Origin: Cetorhinus maximus
Lineage: Eukaryota
Length of the DNA stretch: 64,000 bases
Assembly (NCBI RefSeq): GCF_964194155.1
Contig: NC_135891.1
Span: forward strand, 85,808,001-85,872,000
Direction: 5' to 3'
Part shown: piece by piece, positions 11,661 to 25,404 of the stretch
Layout: each line of letters begins with the position of its first letter
Position numbering within the stretch: the stretch's first letter is position 1
Program-made: the position numbers and the translations under genes
The notes under the pieces: generated by a model
What the model was told of the DNA's origin: nothing
Database searches by the model: none
The model's input: only the letters and a program-made list of their open reading frames with translations

Positions 11661-14389
11661 TATGACTTCATCATTGCTGTATCAAAAGGCTGGCGATCAC
11701 CCTGAAAATCATCATGGGAGGACTACCCCTCAAAAAGACCCATCACTAGCCTCTCATCACAACTAAGGATTGGCAATAGCATGATCTTACCAACACTGTT
11801 CTCATCCTGTTAATTACTTTATAAGGGTAAGCTGGAGCAAAGTGACTTGTATGGTTCTAAACGTTGTTGCAGAATTATAAAATGTTCCAGCCCAAAAATA
11901 AGCCATTTAGCCCATCGAGATAGTTTTCTTCACTTGAGCCTTCTAGTATCCTTCCACTCATATGATCACACACTGTACTCTTTACAATTATCTTATTCAA
12001 GCAGCTATTGCATTCCCTCACTAGGAGGAGACAATGACAGTCAAATTATTTGAAACTTTCTTTTATTGATTAGAAGAAACACCATTCAAACAATCCAAGA
12101 CCACAGCAACAAAATTCAGTTCACATTGCAACATTTTCAAAAATGCACTTGAAGACAAGGTGAGGTTGTTCCATGTTGCGTCTAGAATTGACAGAGACTT
12201 TAATACAGATTTAGGCAAGAAACTGGAAGCTCAGTTACAATATCAAATAGTTGCTAAATACATTACGTCATCTAAAATAATTCCTTCCGCATTTTGTTTT
12301 GTTAATGTAGTCGAAATTCTTCAGATTAGAGGGTATGAAGCACGATAGGTAATTCCACACATGTCCTTGCCCATCACTAAGCGCATGTAGCCACTCTCAC
12401 CCCAGGATGTTCCCCAGCTAGAAAAGCAAGACTATTTGTTAATATCTAAAACCAACCTAATTACATACAAAATGAATAGAGTAAGGATCCTTGCAAGCTG
12501 CTTCTGTAATATTTGCCACTTTTTCATTTGGCTTGAATGCTTTTGGTTTTAGATTATGTTATCAACATGAAATCAGGTTCACTTTACATAGAGTTTGCTT
12601 CTGAAGTTATACAATCCATCTAGAAAAACTAATAGGATAATTAGGTGAAATGCCAATGGAAGAGCCAACATATTTGTGTATTGTTACAGATCAGAGTAGT
12701 TTTGAGACAATGAGGGATTATTGAGTGCAGCCATAATGGAAGGATAGTTGTCATTTAAATTGCATAGCAGAGGACATAGCTAAACCAACAATACAGTGAG
12801 CTTTCACATCCTGGGAAGTGGGCTGGGGTGTACACTCAAGGTGGAAACAGTGATTAGCAGCTGGTCAGGACTATTCTCAGTACATAGAGTCGAGGGAAGA
12901 ACCAAAGATCAGTTTTTGCCTCTCATCTTTTCCTGGGAAAATCAATTTGAGGCAGCCAGAGAGACAGAGATTTCACTTACTACTCAACAAAAGTGAGGCT
13001 GAGAGGCTCTAGGTGAATAAATAAACACATACAATCTGTGAGAGTACTCTAATGGTAAGTGCCAGTCAGTTGAGAGACTTCTATGTAGGCAGAGAGCTTA
13101 CACGGCAATGGGGCAAGGTTAATTATTCTCATTATATTTATCGCACAAGGTGCAATGCGAAATAAATGAATCACGTTGTAAAGATTGTATTGTGTTCATT
13201 AATATCTTTTATTGCATTGGTTCGTAATTGGCCTCGCCTTCATGATCCTGTTAGGAGGGCCAAACTCAAGCCTCTGTTCCTTAATCCTTCCATATCATCA
13301 GATAATTGATTTCCAGGCCTTCTTAGCCAGCATCCCTCTATATAATCTCTAAGATCCAAAAGATTTCCATTATGTCTGATGTTCTTAATTTGTAGATATT
13401 ACTTACCTGTTTTGATCCAATAGCCTTTTGGATGTTCATCCACATACCCTCTCACGAGCACTGAATGATCAATATTCTGATTGTTGCAGTCAACATCGTC
13501 AAAGATACCTGTAAAATGGAGGATAGTACTATACGTGAAAGTAACTCCAAACTCATATCTGAAATAACATTATAAATGATTGGGAAGGTCAGACAACAAG
13601 ATTTTGTATTCGTATGCCATCTTTCACCAAGCAACTTGTCCCAAGGTCACCCAAACAGGAAGCAGTTAGGGAAGGTGACTGGCCTGGTGAAAGAGAGAAT
13701 TTCAAAAGAGAGAAGTAGCAAAGTGAAGATGTTTAGAATATCCCTGAAGATGGAGTGTTGCCCCATTGGTCCTCTTGCATGGATGTCTTGCACAGGGAGA
13801 TTGTGAGATAGAATCTGAACCATGGTGAATGAATAAAAGTTTAGAATTTTCTTTACCTGATGTGTATTATCTGAAGGAATGATGTGATGAATGAATAAGT
13901 ACTGAAATTGGTCCAACATTTGCCACTAATGCAGTTAATTTTTTCTCAGTATAGTTCTTAATCCTTCTGAATCCTTAAACGTTAGTGACACTCTTAGAGC
14001 TACTAAATAAGCACTTATTGTTCCTCTGTAATTAAAAATATAAGAGTCTGTTTAGCAAATTTGCCTGATAATAATTTCCATAAACTTCAACATTGTATCA
14101 CAGGCAAAACCCCACTCAAATACCACAGTCCAGCCTTGTTCTCCTCCCCTATCTCTTATTCCTTCAACACATCAATGTCAAGTACCTCACCCTCATCAAA
14201 GCCTTACTCATTCCAAACTCTCCACAGCCTCTCAGCCTAAAATTCCTAAACAAATCATCCATCACTTGGATCCTGTGCAATCCCCTGTCCCTTTCACTCA
14301 CCAATCAGTATCAGGCCCTTCTGGACCCAGCCCTTCCACTCTGAATCTCTCCCTCTCTCTTTTGCTCTCTCTCTCTCTCAAAGCCCCTT

Positions 14390-14813
14390 TGCTTTTCTGC
14401 ATCTTCACAGGCGGAATGAGGTTTCATGTTGGGTTTTAAAAATTTTAACAAAGTTCTGTTGGAAGTGATGAACATGTCCCAACTCATGTGACACTGTCAC
14501 GTGAGGGGACATGTAAGGGAAATTTTATTTTTCTATTTCGAGCTTTTTTACATGTAGAGCCGATCTCCCTAAGGCTGCACTTAGCCTCAGGGACATGAGT
14601 GTGCTGTTTCATGCACGTGTGAAAGAGTGCACTTTCGTTTTTGGGCATTACCCCCCGCCCGCACGCTTCCCTGTGGACGTCACGCTGGGCGGGCCTTAAT
14701 TGTCACACCCACGCAAAATGGCACCACGCCTCCCATCGGGGACACCGATCAGAAGTGCGACCGCACGCGCCCGCCCACCAACTTCTCCCCCAATGGGGGG
14801 AAAATTCAACCCA
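14390..14813. mobile_element. Truncated member of the same MITE-like family in the exon 5-6 intron (paralogues ~35222-35583 and ~54930-55373)
   Basis: Shares catgtcccaactcatgtgacactgtcac..gaggggacatgt and cgtcacgctgggcgggccttaat with 16990-17260; right end gggggaaaattc. Confidence 0.65.
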
Positions 14814-16775
14814 AATTGTGATACCTGCCATATCTTAGAGGCCACTCATTTTCAAGGATTCAAACTTGATGAATGCCTTTTCTTCATAAGTTTAACTCTT
14901 CCTAGTTATTGTTTCACAGCCATTTGATTCATCAAGGAGTGAGCATCATTGAAAGGTGTTAACATTCAGAAATGTTTACTGGGGAGAGACAAGTTCTGTT
15001 AGGAAGGACAATGGACTAATTACTCCATCAATTCACTTTAAGACTGAAGGACACCCTTGCTGCTGATATTCAAAATGTCACTTGCTTGCCACTTTGCATG
15101 AGGATACTCGGATCTAGGCAACTTCTGTAAACACATTTTGTAAAAGCTAAATGAAGCTGTACCTTAAACCAGAATATCTTTCAGAACAGCTTTTATGACA
15201 GCCCTGTTTAACTGTGGGAAATGAAGACAGTGTACAGTGTGCAGCAAGTGTACCTTTGCTTGGTAGGGGTATGACTGATCAGATTGAATGCCATGGTCTC
15301 GCACGTATTCCAAGGCGCGGTATGGCAAGTTTCCATTACACCCATAATTCTTATATCCATCAGAACAGTCAATGATGTTTTGTACACTCAGGCCCATGAG
15401 TTGGTTCCTTTTCCTTGCCAACTGACCTTCCACAGCTCCGACTGCAGTAAACACATAGCAGGATAAACAGTAGCCCTGAAGGAAAAACAGATAAGTTGGC
15501 AAATGCTAAAGTTTTAAAACCTTTTCTTCATGATCTTCACCATTTTGATTGAAAACTAATAAAGAGTTCAGATGGTTGACTATATCTTTGCCTTGCTTGC
15601 TGATATACACTCCAGGGGGAGAGAATGGACATGCAATCTGTTCTGCAAAATATTCTGCTCCAGACTATTGCCCTTACCTGAATGTCCATTCACTTTGGGG
15701 TGTCCAAACCTCAACTCATGGTCCATATCCTGCCCAAGTCGCAGAACACAACAGTCCAGCCCCTCTCACCATAATTTGAGGACAGCAGCATAGCTTGAGA
15801 ATAAAGAACCAGGTGAATTGCAGTGTGCAAGTGAGGAGGAGAAAGCACAAGTGGCCAAGGAGTATAGATGATCACAAAGCTTTCATCCATGCCACCTCTG
15901 CATTTTCTCGAGCCAAGTAATGTGGTGAATCCAAGGGACTCCATGGCTTCAATTTTTAACGGCCCAATTAAGTGGCAATTAAGGCCTCAATCCAGCTCCA
16001 TTACCATAATACCCTGAGCATTGGAAGGCAGGCAAGAGTGAGGAGGCTGTTTTTAAACCAATGTTGTTAAAAGGAGGGTTAGGAAGGGGGGGGGTCCATC
16101 TTCAAGGGGTTCCTGGACGCGTCAGAGGAACACAACCCCTCCAAACAAGATGGTACGCCACCTTTTCCCCCCCTCTTTGCCTCCAAAACCCGCCCCTCAA
16201 CCCCCTCACTCTACCTCCCTAGGGCATCCAATCCCTCCCCGACGAACAAAGCCCGGACTCATCTTATCCGGTGTCCATGACACTTCCAGTCCCAGCAGCA
16301 CCCACTTCTCTCGCTTGGCACTGCTGGGACTGCAAGAGCTGCCAGCCGATCTAATTGGCTCTTCAGGTTGGGACTTCTTCCACTGTGGGACGGACATTCC
16401 ATTCTCTGCTTGTTACGGCCACCCACAGCCTATTATCGCAGCAGGGCGGCCTTATTTAACGTATGTTGGTTTCCAGCCAATTTTTCTTCCAGGATGCAAG
16501 CAATACCCTCCCCCCACCCCACCCCTGGTAAAATTCAACGCACAGAATCTTGTGGTTGCACACACTTCACACAAGAACACATTATCATTACTTTTTTGAA
16601 CCATGTGATTTCATAACTTGAAAGCATTAAAAGTTCACTTGTAAATCAGCTTTGATTATTTCATTTTCTCATACAGGCCATTGAAAATCTGCCAAGCATG
16701 CGAAGTGTTAGAGCAGAACATTGGCACTGGAAAATTCTGAAGACCCTTAATGTGTATGTATCTTTATTAACATCC

Positions 16776-17342
16776 AGGGGGAGAACTTTCCCGACATCAC
16801 CACACATCATTCTGATGCTCTATTTAAAAACTAATTAAAGTAATTAATTGAGCTGCCCATCCAGCCTAAAGATTGGCGGGCAGGTGAAGAGCCCAGGCAG
16901 CCTTCGCATTTATCATGAAACCAAATCCACAGGTGGGATGAAGATTCATGAAGGGTTTAAATATTAAATGAAGTTTTTATTAAAGTTCATTGACATGTCC
17001 CAGCTCATGTGACACTGTCACATGAGGGGACATGTCTTAAAAAATTTTTTTCTTTATTAAAACTTTTCAAAATCAAACTAATCTCCCTGAGGTAACTCTG
17101 TGCCTCGGGGAGATTTCTGCACACTTTCACGCTCATGCGCAAAAGAACACAGGCCCCAGCTCAGCCTACTCCCCCTGTCCGCACAGGGAGCACTCAGCAC
17201 TTCCTGGTGTGCGTCACGCTGGGCAGGCCTTAATTTGCCCGCCCACTCATAATGGCAGCACCCAGGCGATCGGCAGCGTGCTCGCCCGCGCCTGCTCCCA
17301 CCCAACCAGACCCACCCCCCCACAATGGGGACATAATTCTCC
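16776..17342. mobile_element. Non-autonomous TIR element (MITE-like) in the exon 4-5 intron (paralogues ~37853-38427 and ~57369-57960)
   Basis: Imperfect terminal inverted repeats ggagaa(c/t)tt...aattctcc, GC-rich body, no coding capacity; a second family member lies at ~14390-14813. Confidence 0.65.
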
Positions 17343-18589
17343 ACATGAAAAAATGTTTCTCTGTTACCTATCTGAATCAAACACTTAGACCCCAATTGCC
17401 TGCTGCAGTTCATAGTATCGCTACCTACTGGCTCTTAGAGGAACAGCATCCATGAATTGTTCCCCCTGCTATTTGCCACAGTTCCAAAATCTCGAAACAC
17501 AAGGTGGTTGAGAATGTTAAAAGCTTGAAAATAATAATCCCTGGATTCAAAATATTAAACAAGAATACAGCCCCAACAAACTCAAACATAGCAACTGACC
17601 TGCATTGAACAGAAATAGTGAGAAGTAGTAGGTACCTAGTTCCTTACTTTAATAACATAGCCCTTTCGACGCCAGTCCACCTCTTTAGGAAAATGAGCAA
17701 CGTCCTCCATTTCTTCCAGTTCCTCCAGTTCAAAATCTGACAACGCATCATCTGTATAATTTGCCATTTCGGAAATCCTTGCATCAGTGAACAAATGATC
17801 AAACTCCATTGGCGTCTGGAAGAAATAGTTTCACAATGCTTACTATGAGACTTGTTGTGTTGTTATAATGATATTAAAGCGCCAATCGCTCATAAGGGAT
17901 TTGGCAAACAAGCTGTGGCTTCCTTTATTTAGACTAGGCACATGGGGACATTTATACAGAGGTAGAAAGCTTGAAGACACCAGCAGCAGAGCTGGCTGCT
18001 GTGTGTTCTGTTGAAAAGCAAAAGTGAATTTGATTGCAGCATGACAATGCTAGAGGGAAGTGGGTCATGCTTGAATCCCTTAATGGCATATTGCAACAAG
18101 ACTATTTCTATAAAAAATGCAAAGCCAAAATCAATTTGTTTGCACAGTTGTAGCTCCACATTGTCCCATTCTGTTTATCATTTGCAGCCATGATTGATGA
18201 TAACAGAGATGGAACTTACCAGCCTAGGTGCATATAAAATGGAAGCTCTGTAGGGTCAATGGGGCACTATGGCCGAAAGCTCTTGACTATCAAGATTCTG
18301 GGAGATTTGAAGGAAGTGGAAGTGATTTATTCTGATTTTAAACAAGGTTTGAGACAGCGGGCCGCACAGAAAACTAGCCCACAAGTCAAGGAGGCATCAA
18401 ATATGAGCCAAGCGTCTGAGGTGGGTTAGTAATTGGCTAAAGTGAAAAGTGGTTGTAAATGGAGCTGTTTTGATGTGTATAATTCTGGGTGCAGTCTTGC
18501 AGAAAGAATAACAAAGCATTGCAAACAATGCAGCAAAGGGAAAACAAGCTGACAGGTAGGTTCAGACATTGAAGCGAGAAGAAGTAGTT

Positions 18590-18910
18590 AAAGAGCCCAG
18601 GATTCTTTATTCTGGTGGAGAGAAGCCTCAGGGTGATATTATTCAAGTAATTAAAATACTAAAGAAAAAGACAAATTCAATCCAAAAATACATATGGGAT
18701 TGTCACAGATTGCAGAACCAAGAGACTGGGCTCAAACTAGGAGAAAAGATGGAGAGACAGTTTAGATTTAACTATTTTACATGGTGTTGGGTGGTGGGGG
18801 TGGTGAGGGCGGAGGTGGGGTGGGGTGTGACGGAAATGTATGCAGTAGATTGCCCACCAAGTCAGTGGAGGCAAATAATGCAGAAAAGTTTAAGAGAGAT
18901 TTAGGTAGCT
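18590..18910 (+). mobile_element. Old degenerate CR1 fragment (paralogues ~39700-40020 and ~59200-59520)
   Basis: tattctggtggagagaagcctcagggtgatattattcaagta...aaaatactaaag resembles the CR1 segment SLEKRRLRGDLIEVFKI. Confidence 0.55.
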
Positions 18911-20246
18911 GATTGACAGAGTGGGTGATTGAGAGAAATGAGATTTACAAAGCAGCCAGATGGTCTACAAAGACTTTTCGGATTTTGTCCAGACTTCCAA
19001 GTTCCTTCTTTGATATTTGTTCTCAGGATGTGGCCTTTTGCAGCAAGGCCACATTCATTACCCAGGTCAGCCCCCTTATTGAACCATTGCAGGGTGTAGT
19101 GATGTTGAGCAATTGTTTGTTCATGGAAATATTTTCTTCACATGAAGTTAGTTGTATAGTTGAAGATGACAACTGGACCAATGGACATAGAAATAATTCC
19201 AGCTGATATATTCTTTTCCAGCAAGGTAGGTTGGCTTAACTGGGATAAAGTTACTCTCCATCATGCCCAGTATCAAACCAGCAAATCTGACATTATTTGC
19301 ATGACTCACCAAGTCTCCAAAGCCATTCATGGCCTTTTCATAAATACTGAGTATTGCGAGCTTCAATCTTCTCCAGGTTGTCCAGCCAAATTTCCCTCCT
19401 GGCCTGATCTTCCTCCTCTGCAAAGAGATTGAGCCATTATAGTATAATACCAATAGAATCCAATGCCCAATGTTATTGCTTGCCTTCAAGTAGAAAGAAG
19501 ATATTGAAGTTGGAGACAACAGATTCCTTCCAAGAGTGAAGGCAGTTGAATGCTCAAGTAGTTGGCGGCACCACTTGATGTTGGCTACAGTGGTAGAACA
19601 AGGTAGAGTGACAGAAGTGCATGCATTGTCAAGACCGTCAACATTAAATTTGGAGGCGAGAAGACCCAAAGATACAATCTCTAGGTCAGAGCTAGCATCA
19701 GAACTGTCAGGAGCAACGAAAGGAAAGGAGAAACCAAAGAAGTTTCAGGAGATCGTTTGGAAATAATTAGGTAAAAAACATGGGGTAAAAGACAATAGTC
19801 ATGGCTCAATTCAATAAGATATGAATAACCTTGGGATTTAAACTGCGAGCAAAGAAGCCAGGAGAAAAATACAACTTCTCAAATCTAAAGCAAGGCTTTA
19901 CATGACAACAAATTTCTTTCTCACAAAATACAGGACATATGGAATAGACACTTGCCTAAATCAAGTCATGATGCCAGGCAAGATTTGGATGAACAGGCAC
20001 CATAAATGTACCCCTAGTGGTGTGGGAACCTACCATTCACATAATAATTAATGGAGCTCCCTCTGATCCTGACAATTTCAGCAGTATAAGTGAGGGAGCT
20101 CCCAGAATCCCCATTCCTGCCCTTCTCCAGGCTCACGTTTGCAGATATACAGACCCATTTTCCTCAAGCTGCAGGGTCCAGTCCAAATTTAGGTTCTTGA
20201 GAACTATGAAAGCATCCTAATTTGTCATGTCATGATTGGCTGCTTC

Positions 20247-21070
20247 CAACAACAACAACTTGTATTCATATACAGAAGAGTTAAAGCAAAATTTGACAGT
20301 GAGGAACATTAGGTGATATTAAGGCCGATGGTCAAAAGCTGGGTCAAAAAGGTAGGTTTCAATGAGCATCTTAAAGGTGAAAAGAGAGGTAGAGAGACAG
20401 AGAGGTTTAGGCAGGGAATTTGAGAGCTTGGGACCTAGGCATGGCAATCAAGGGTGGATCAATTAAAATTGGGGATGTGCAACAATCCAGAATTTGATGC
20501 AGCAGATATCTCGGAGGGTTGTGGGGCTGGAGGAGATTACAGAGATAGGGAGGGACCAGGCTATGGAGGGAGTTGAAATCAAAGGTGAGAATGTTAAAAT
20601 TGAGACATTGCTTAACCAGGAACCAAAGTAGATCAGCGAGCACAGGGGTTATGGGTGAACGGAACTTGGTGCAAGTTAGGATACAGGCAATAGCGATTTG
20701 GATAACCTCCGGTGTACAGAGGATATAACGTGGCCTGCCAGGAGTGTATTTGAATAGTGAAGACTTGAGGTAACAAAGGTACGAATGAGGGGTCCAGCAG
20801 CAGATGAAGTGAGAGAGTGGCAGAGTCAGTCGATGTAAAGGAGGTGGAAATAGGCTGTCTTAGTAATGGCACAGATATGTGGTCAGAAGATTAGTTAAGG
20901 GTTAAATATTTCAACAAGTATACAAACAGTCTGGTTCAGCCTCAGACAGCTGCTAGTGGGGTGAGTGGGGATGAGTTGGTAGCTAGAGAACAGAGCTTTT
21001 AGCTGTGGGACTGAAGATAATGGCTTTGGTCTTCGCAATATTTGATTGAGGGGAATTGAGAAAAAATCCA
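20247..21070 (-). mobile_element. L2 LINE 3' fragment in the exon 2-3 intron (paralogues ~41372-42205, ~60857-61680, 1-140)
   Basis: ORF 20407-20643 LADLLWFLVKQCLNFNIL...SLHSLVPPYLCNLLQPHNPPR matches the L2 ORF2 C-terminus; ends in a (ttg)n tail. Confidence 0.82.
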
Positions 21071-22934
21071 TTATTTGTGTTTTACAAATTTGACACAAAG
21101 AAATGGTCAATAACTGCGATGGTATTGATTGGTGTTTAATGTCTAAATCACCATGGAAGGACATTGTGTTTTTCGATTATGGCTCTTACTGAACAACATT
21201 AACATGTGCGGAGTGGGGCGTGGATTCTACAGTTCAAATTGATCTCCTCAAAACAATGTAGTAGTCCCTCAGTGCTCTATTAGAGAATTAGCTTAGGTTT
21301 CTTACCAGATTAGGGTAGCTCTTCACATACACCTGCTTCCAGCTTTCCCATTCCTGGTCAATGATTGGGTTTGTCGAGGCCATGGAGATAACAGTCAGGA
21401 TGTACGTTACAAAGAGGAAAAATACCATGGTGAAATATTGAACATGTCAAACCTGTAATAAGGTTGGTTTTCTTTGTGAGAAGCTATGGGCAATAAATTC
21501 AGAAGAACAGGGAGAGGTAATGCAAGAGTATAATCTCACAATCCCACCCTTGTTATTTCGATGTCCTGTAAATAAACCAATATTCTTTGTATGATCTCAG
21601 CATTTTTTGGCGGAATAATAACAGAGTGGGACAAAGGTGTAGGATTTAGTCTTCAATTGTTTCAAACAACAACTGTAGAAAGAATATGTATCACCAATTC
21701 ATTCAGATGAGGGGAGAATCTGTTTGTGAAATTTACAATGCCTCTGCTCATTATGCACATGAAAATGGTCAATTCCCACATGCCCAACAATTTTAACTTA
21801 CCTTGAAAACATAGTTGCAGAGATTGTAAAGTTCACTGACTGGTGTGGGACCTGAAGATAAATTTGGGGAGAGACCGAGCTGCCTTTAGCCTCAGATTTG
21901 ACTTACTCAATGTTCCCAGTCAGTAATATGTTGATGGCAGGAATCTATGATTCCCACTGAATTTGACCGGATAATGTCTCACCATTTAGAAAATACTGTT
22001 GATTGTGTGACATTCCACTATCTGCTTTTCTATGGAAGTGCTAATCTATTTACAGTATATTAATTTCTCTGCTCAAACAGATTTCAATCTAATTTCTTTT
22101 CCTAAATAACATTTAATTACAATAGTGTGGTCCAGACAATTCTTCCAATGAAACTGATGTTCTTTGCTGTGTTACACTGTTAAATCATGCAGTGTATTTT
22201 TCAGTGTATTTCTTATACATTAGCATCAGGCCATTCAATCACAGTACATAGAATAGAGAGTATATTTTACACACCACACAAGGACACCTCTGTTTTTTAA
22301 ATGACACAAACCATTTGGGACCAGATTGTGTTGTACTGGAGTTTGAACTGGGGTTGATATACCCTTAGGAAATGCAAAATAAACTAATTGCCTCCTAAAT
22401 TCCACCAATTAGTTCACGGGGTCTGAAGCATTATCTTGGTTCGTTTTTTATCTAAAATTATCTGCCACCTGTAAGTTCCAACCATCAGTCACACAAATTA
22501 TACATAAATACCCTGAATGGTCTTAATAACATAGTCTTAAAAGATAAAGAGTTGATGTAAATCTTATTTTCATGATGCAAGTTGCAAATTTCTTGGTGGA
22601 AAATCCAATTTGCTTTTGATGATAGTTGGCGGTGATTTTTGTCATGGAGCCTTCATGCCCCAGGATTGTGTCTCTGGCAATTATCCAATTTTCACTGCCT
22701 TCAGCAGGTGAGATTTTTCAGCTAACAGGTATGTACAGATTCTACAATCACCAGTAGCCCATAATGTGATGACAGGCACTAGCATTATCTCCGCACCAGG
22801 GCTGCAAAATCAGCTCTTTGTGTGTGTACCAGCAGCAGAGTTAAAAAAATCACTTTGTTTTTTCTTTTACAACATGTTTCTCATTTCACTGAATAAAATC
22901 TTCACCAATCCCATTTGTATTGTCATGAGAATCA

Positions 22935-23460
22935 TTATAGGAAGGATGTGATTGCACTAGAGTAAGAGCATGAGGAGGTTTATTAGGATGTTGCCTGGGC
23001 TGGAGAGATTTAGTTATGAGGAGAAATTGGATAGACTGGGTTATTTTGCTTGGAGCAGGTGAGATTGAGGGGGACATGATTGCGGTGTATAAAATTATGA
23101 GGGGCATAGATAAAGTAGACAGGAAGGAACTTTTCCCCTTGATGGAGGGATCGATAACCAGGGGTGTATAGATTTAAGGTAAGCGGCAGGAGGTTTAGAG
23201 GGGATGTGAGGAAGGGCTTTTTCACCCAGAGGGTGGCGGGAATCTGGAACTCACTGCCTGAAAGGGTTGTATAGGCAGAGACCCTCATAACATTTATGAA
23301 GTATTTGGATGTGCACTTGCGATGCCATGGCCTACAAGGCTCTGAGCCTAGACCTGGAAATTGGGATTAGAATAGTAAGGTACTTGTTTGACTGGTGCAG
23401 ACACAAGGGGCCGAAGGGACCTTTTCTCTGCTGTAGACCTCTCTGACTCTGACTCTATGA
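22935..23460 (+). mobile_element. CR1 LINE 3' fragment, unit 2
   Basis: Paralogue of 2011-2537. Confidence 0.88.
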
Positions 23461-25404
23461 CAATGAATTAAGGAGAGCAGGCAGGCTCTTGAAGCAAGAG
23501 GGCCAATCAGAGAGCTTGGACCTTGAAAGCAGGTGCAGAATGCCATTCAAGATAAGTGAGGGAGAGAGTGCTTCAAAATTGAACTACCCTCTTATTTTTT
23601 AACATTTGAAATAAAAAATGGCCTTGGTGGCCAAGCCGCCAATGTTGGAAGGGGAGGGGCCCTTTTACAAAGCAGCCTGCAGCTGCAGCTACACCTCAAC
23701 AAAGTGGGAAGGCCTTCCAACCTGCCTAGGTGCTATTTTTATCGTTCACCCTCTCACTTCTTTTCCAGGCTCTAGCAGGGACAAAAAATTCAGTCCAGAG
23801 TCACTCTACTCATATCATCACCAGAAAAATGGGGCTTTAGATGTCTTATCTCCAACTGTACTCTTGTCTCGCAGGAGAACTTCATAAACCTGCTTATTGG
23901 TTCCAAATTTCCTCATTGTCTTCACTACTTTAGAATGAAAGAACTTGCATTTCTATTGTGCAATTCCCCATCGCAGGATGTCTAAAATTGCTTTACATCC
24001 AATGAATTCTTTATACATAACTTCTGTTACAGACAGGAGTGGGGAGATAATTTAAACAGCACTAACTTCTCCTCCCACCACCCACCCATAAACAGAGAGA
24101 TGTTTTTGATTTGTTTCCCTCTTTACAAGCAGCGGCATATTTTCCAACCCCTCAGTTTTGGTGCGATCCAATTTTCTATTAATAACCCCACAGGAAACTT
24201 AAGATAGGATGAACTCAAAGGGGTTAGTCTAGTTGCAAGCTCAAAATGCAAATGGAGGATTCTCACATTGCCTCCACATTCAGGCGGTAAAGAGAGGGAT
24301 AGCGAAAAGAAAGATTTACAGTGCAGAGACCACACAGAAAAGGAATATTGTTTCACATGGGTTCCAGAGTCCAGAATCAAACCTAATGAATCAGTCTTGT
24401 CGGCAATAGTATATAATTTCCTACAGAAGTAGTATGGCTGGAGCCAGTTGTTCAACCTGGGCACAGGTGAGGCTGCCAGTTAGACAGTAAACAGCAGATT
24501 GAGCTATTCAGCCCAGCAAGACAATATTATTTGTACAACAAGCCAGAGGCCTAGGTCATGTGTCTTTACCTTTCCACAATGTCTTCAACAAAGGATGTTT
24601 ATCCAGTGTTTGTAAATTGGCTTGGTGTCCAGGCTGATAATTTCTTAGCCATTATGGGTTAGAAGCAATGTTTAAGAGGCCATTCTATCAGTAAACGTTC
24701 CATCACTGCTGGCCAGCCTGGGTTATCAAATACAAAGTGCCTTCGATGTAGCTCCTTTTGAAGTTGGGCTGTGCAGTCCCCGGGTGATGGTTAGTAGCTC
24801 CTCAGAGATAATGAGGTGTGAGATTTCCCAAACTGCAAAGTGGCTTCTTTTGTTCTGGGGTCACAAACAGACACAATTTCAGCCATTTTAAGGACCTTTG
24901 TTCATCTTTTAACATTTTGGAAATAGCCATGAGGATATCTATATATATTTTATAAAAATTTACAGTGTGAATTCTTAGTCCTTCACACTTAATTAAATTC
25001 TTAAAAATATCCCTAGGTCCTGTGGTGACTCTGATATCCAATAGCAGGGGAGACAGGGTAGTGGCAATGTCACTGGATTACATATCCAGTGGTGCAGGCT
25101 AATGCTCCAGGAGCAACATTTCAACTCCCACTGTGACTGGTGGAATTTTCATTTAACAAGTTAAAATGGCAACTATGAAAAAATTGTCAAAATCCATCCA
25201 CTTCACTGATGTCCCTTCGGGAAGGGGATTTGCTATCCTTACCTGGCCTGGCTTATATGTCACTCCAGATGCACAATAATGTGGTTGACACTTAAGTGCC
25301 CTCTATAATTCCCTAACAAGCCATTCAGTTCAAGGATAATTACAGATGGGCAACAAGTGTCGGCCTCGCCAGCGATGCCCACATCTCATCAAAAAGAATT
25401 TAAA

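Larger units (their letters stand above)
12321..21428 (-). pseudogene. Cathepsin L-like unprocessed pseudogene (copy 1)
   Basis: Exons 21428-21306, 19415-19310, 17815-17636, 15475-15254, 14025-13857, 13508-13407, 12417-12321. Lesions: 17-nt deletion in exon 3; oxyanion Gln CAG>TAG (17636-17638); TAA stops at 13975-13977 and 13867-13869; 4-nt deletion in exon 7 just before the catalytic Asn. Confidence 0.92.
2011..22934. repeat. Tandem segmental duplication unit 1 (20,924 bp; cathepsin pseudogene copy 1 plus TEs)
   Basis: Colinear with units 2 and 3 throughout; the ORF track repeats at a ~20-21 kb period. Boundary is set by loss of similarity at 63544, which corresponds to 2011/22935/44070. 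Confidence 0.95.

Noticed and set aside
19148-19669. 173-aa minus-strand ORF (also 59758-60279)
   Set aside because: It is intronic sequence plus an off-frame read of exon 3, opened up by the 17-nt deletion; it is broken in the intact copy.
19536-19766. 76-aa plus-strand ORF preserved in all three units
   Set aside because: Non-ATG start, intronic and antisense, no homology recognised; persistence is expected among recent duplicates.
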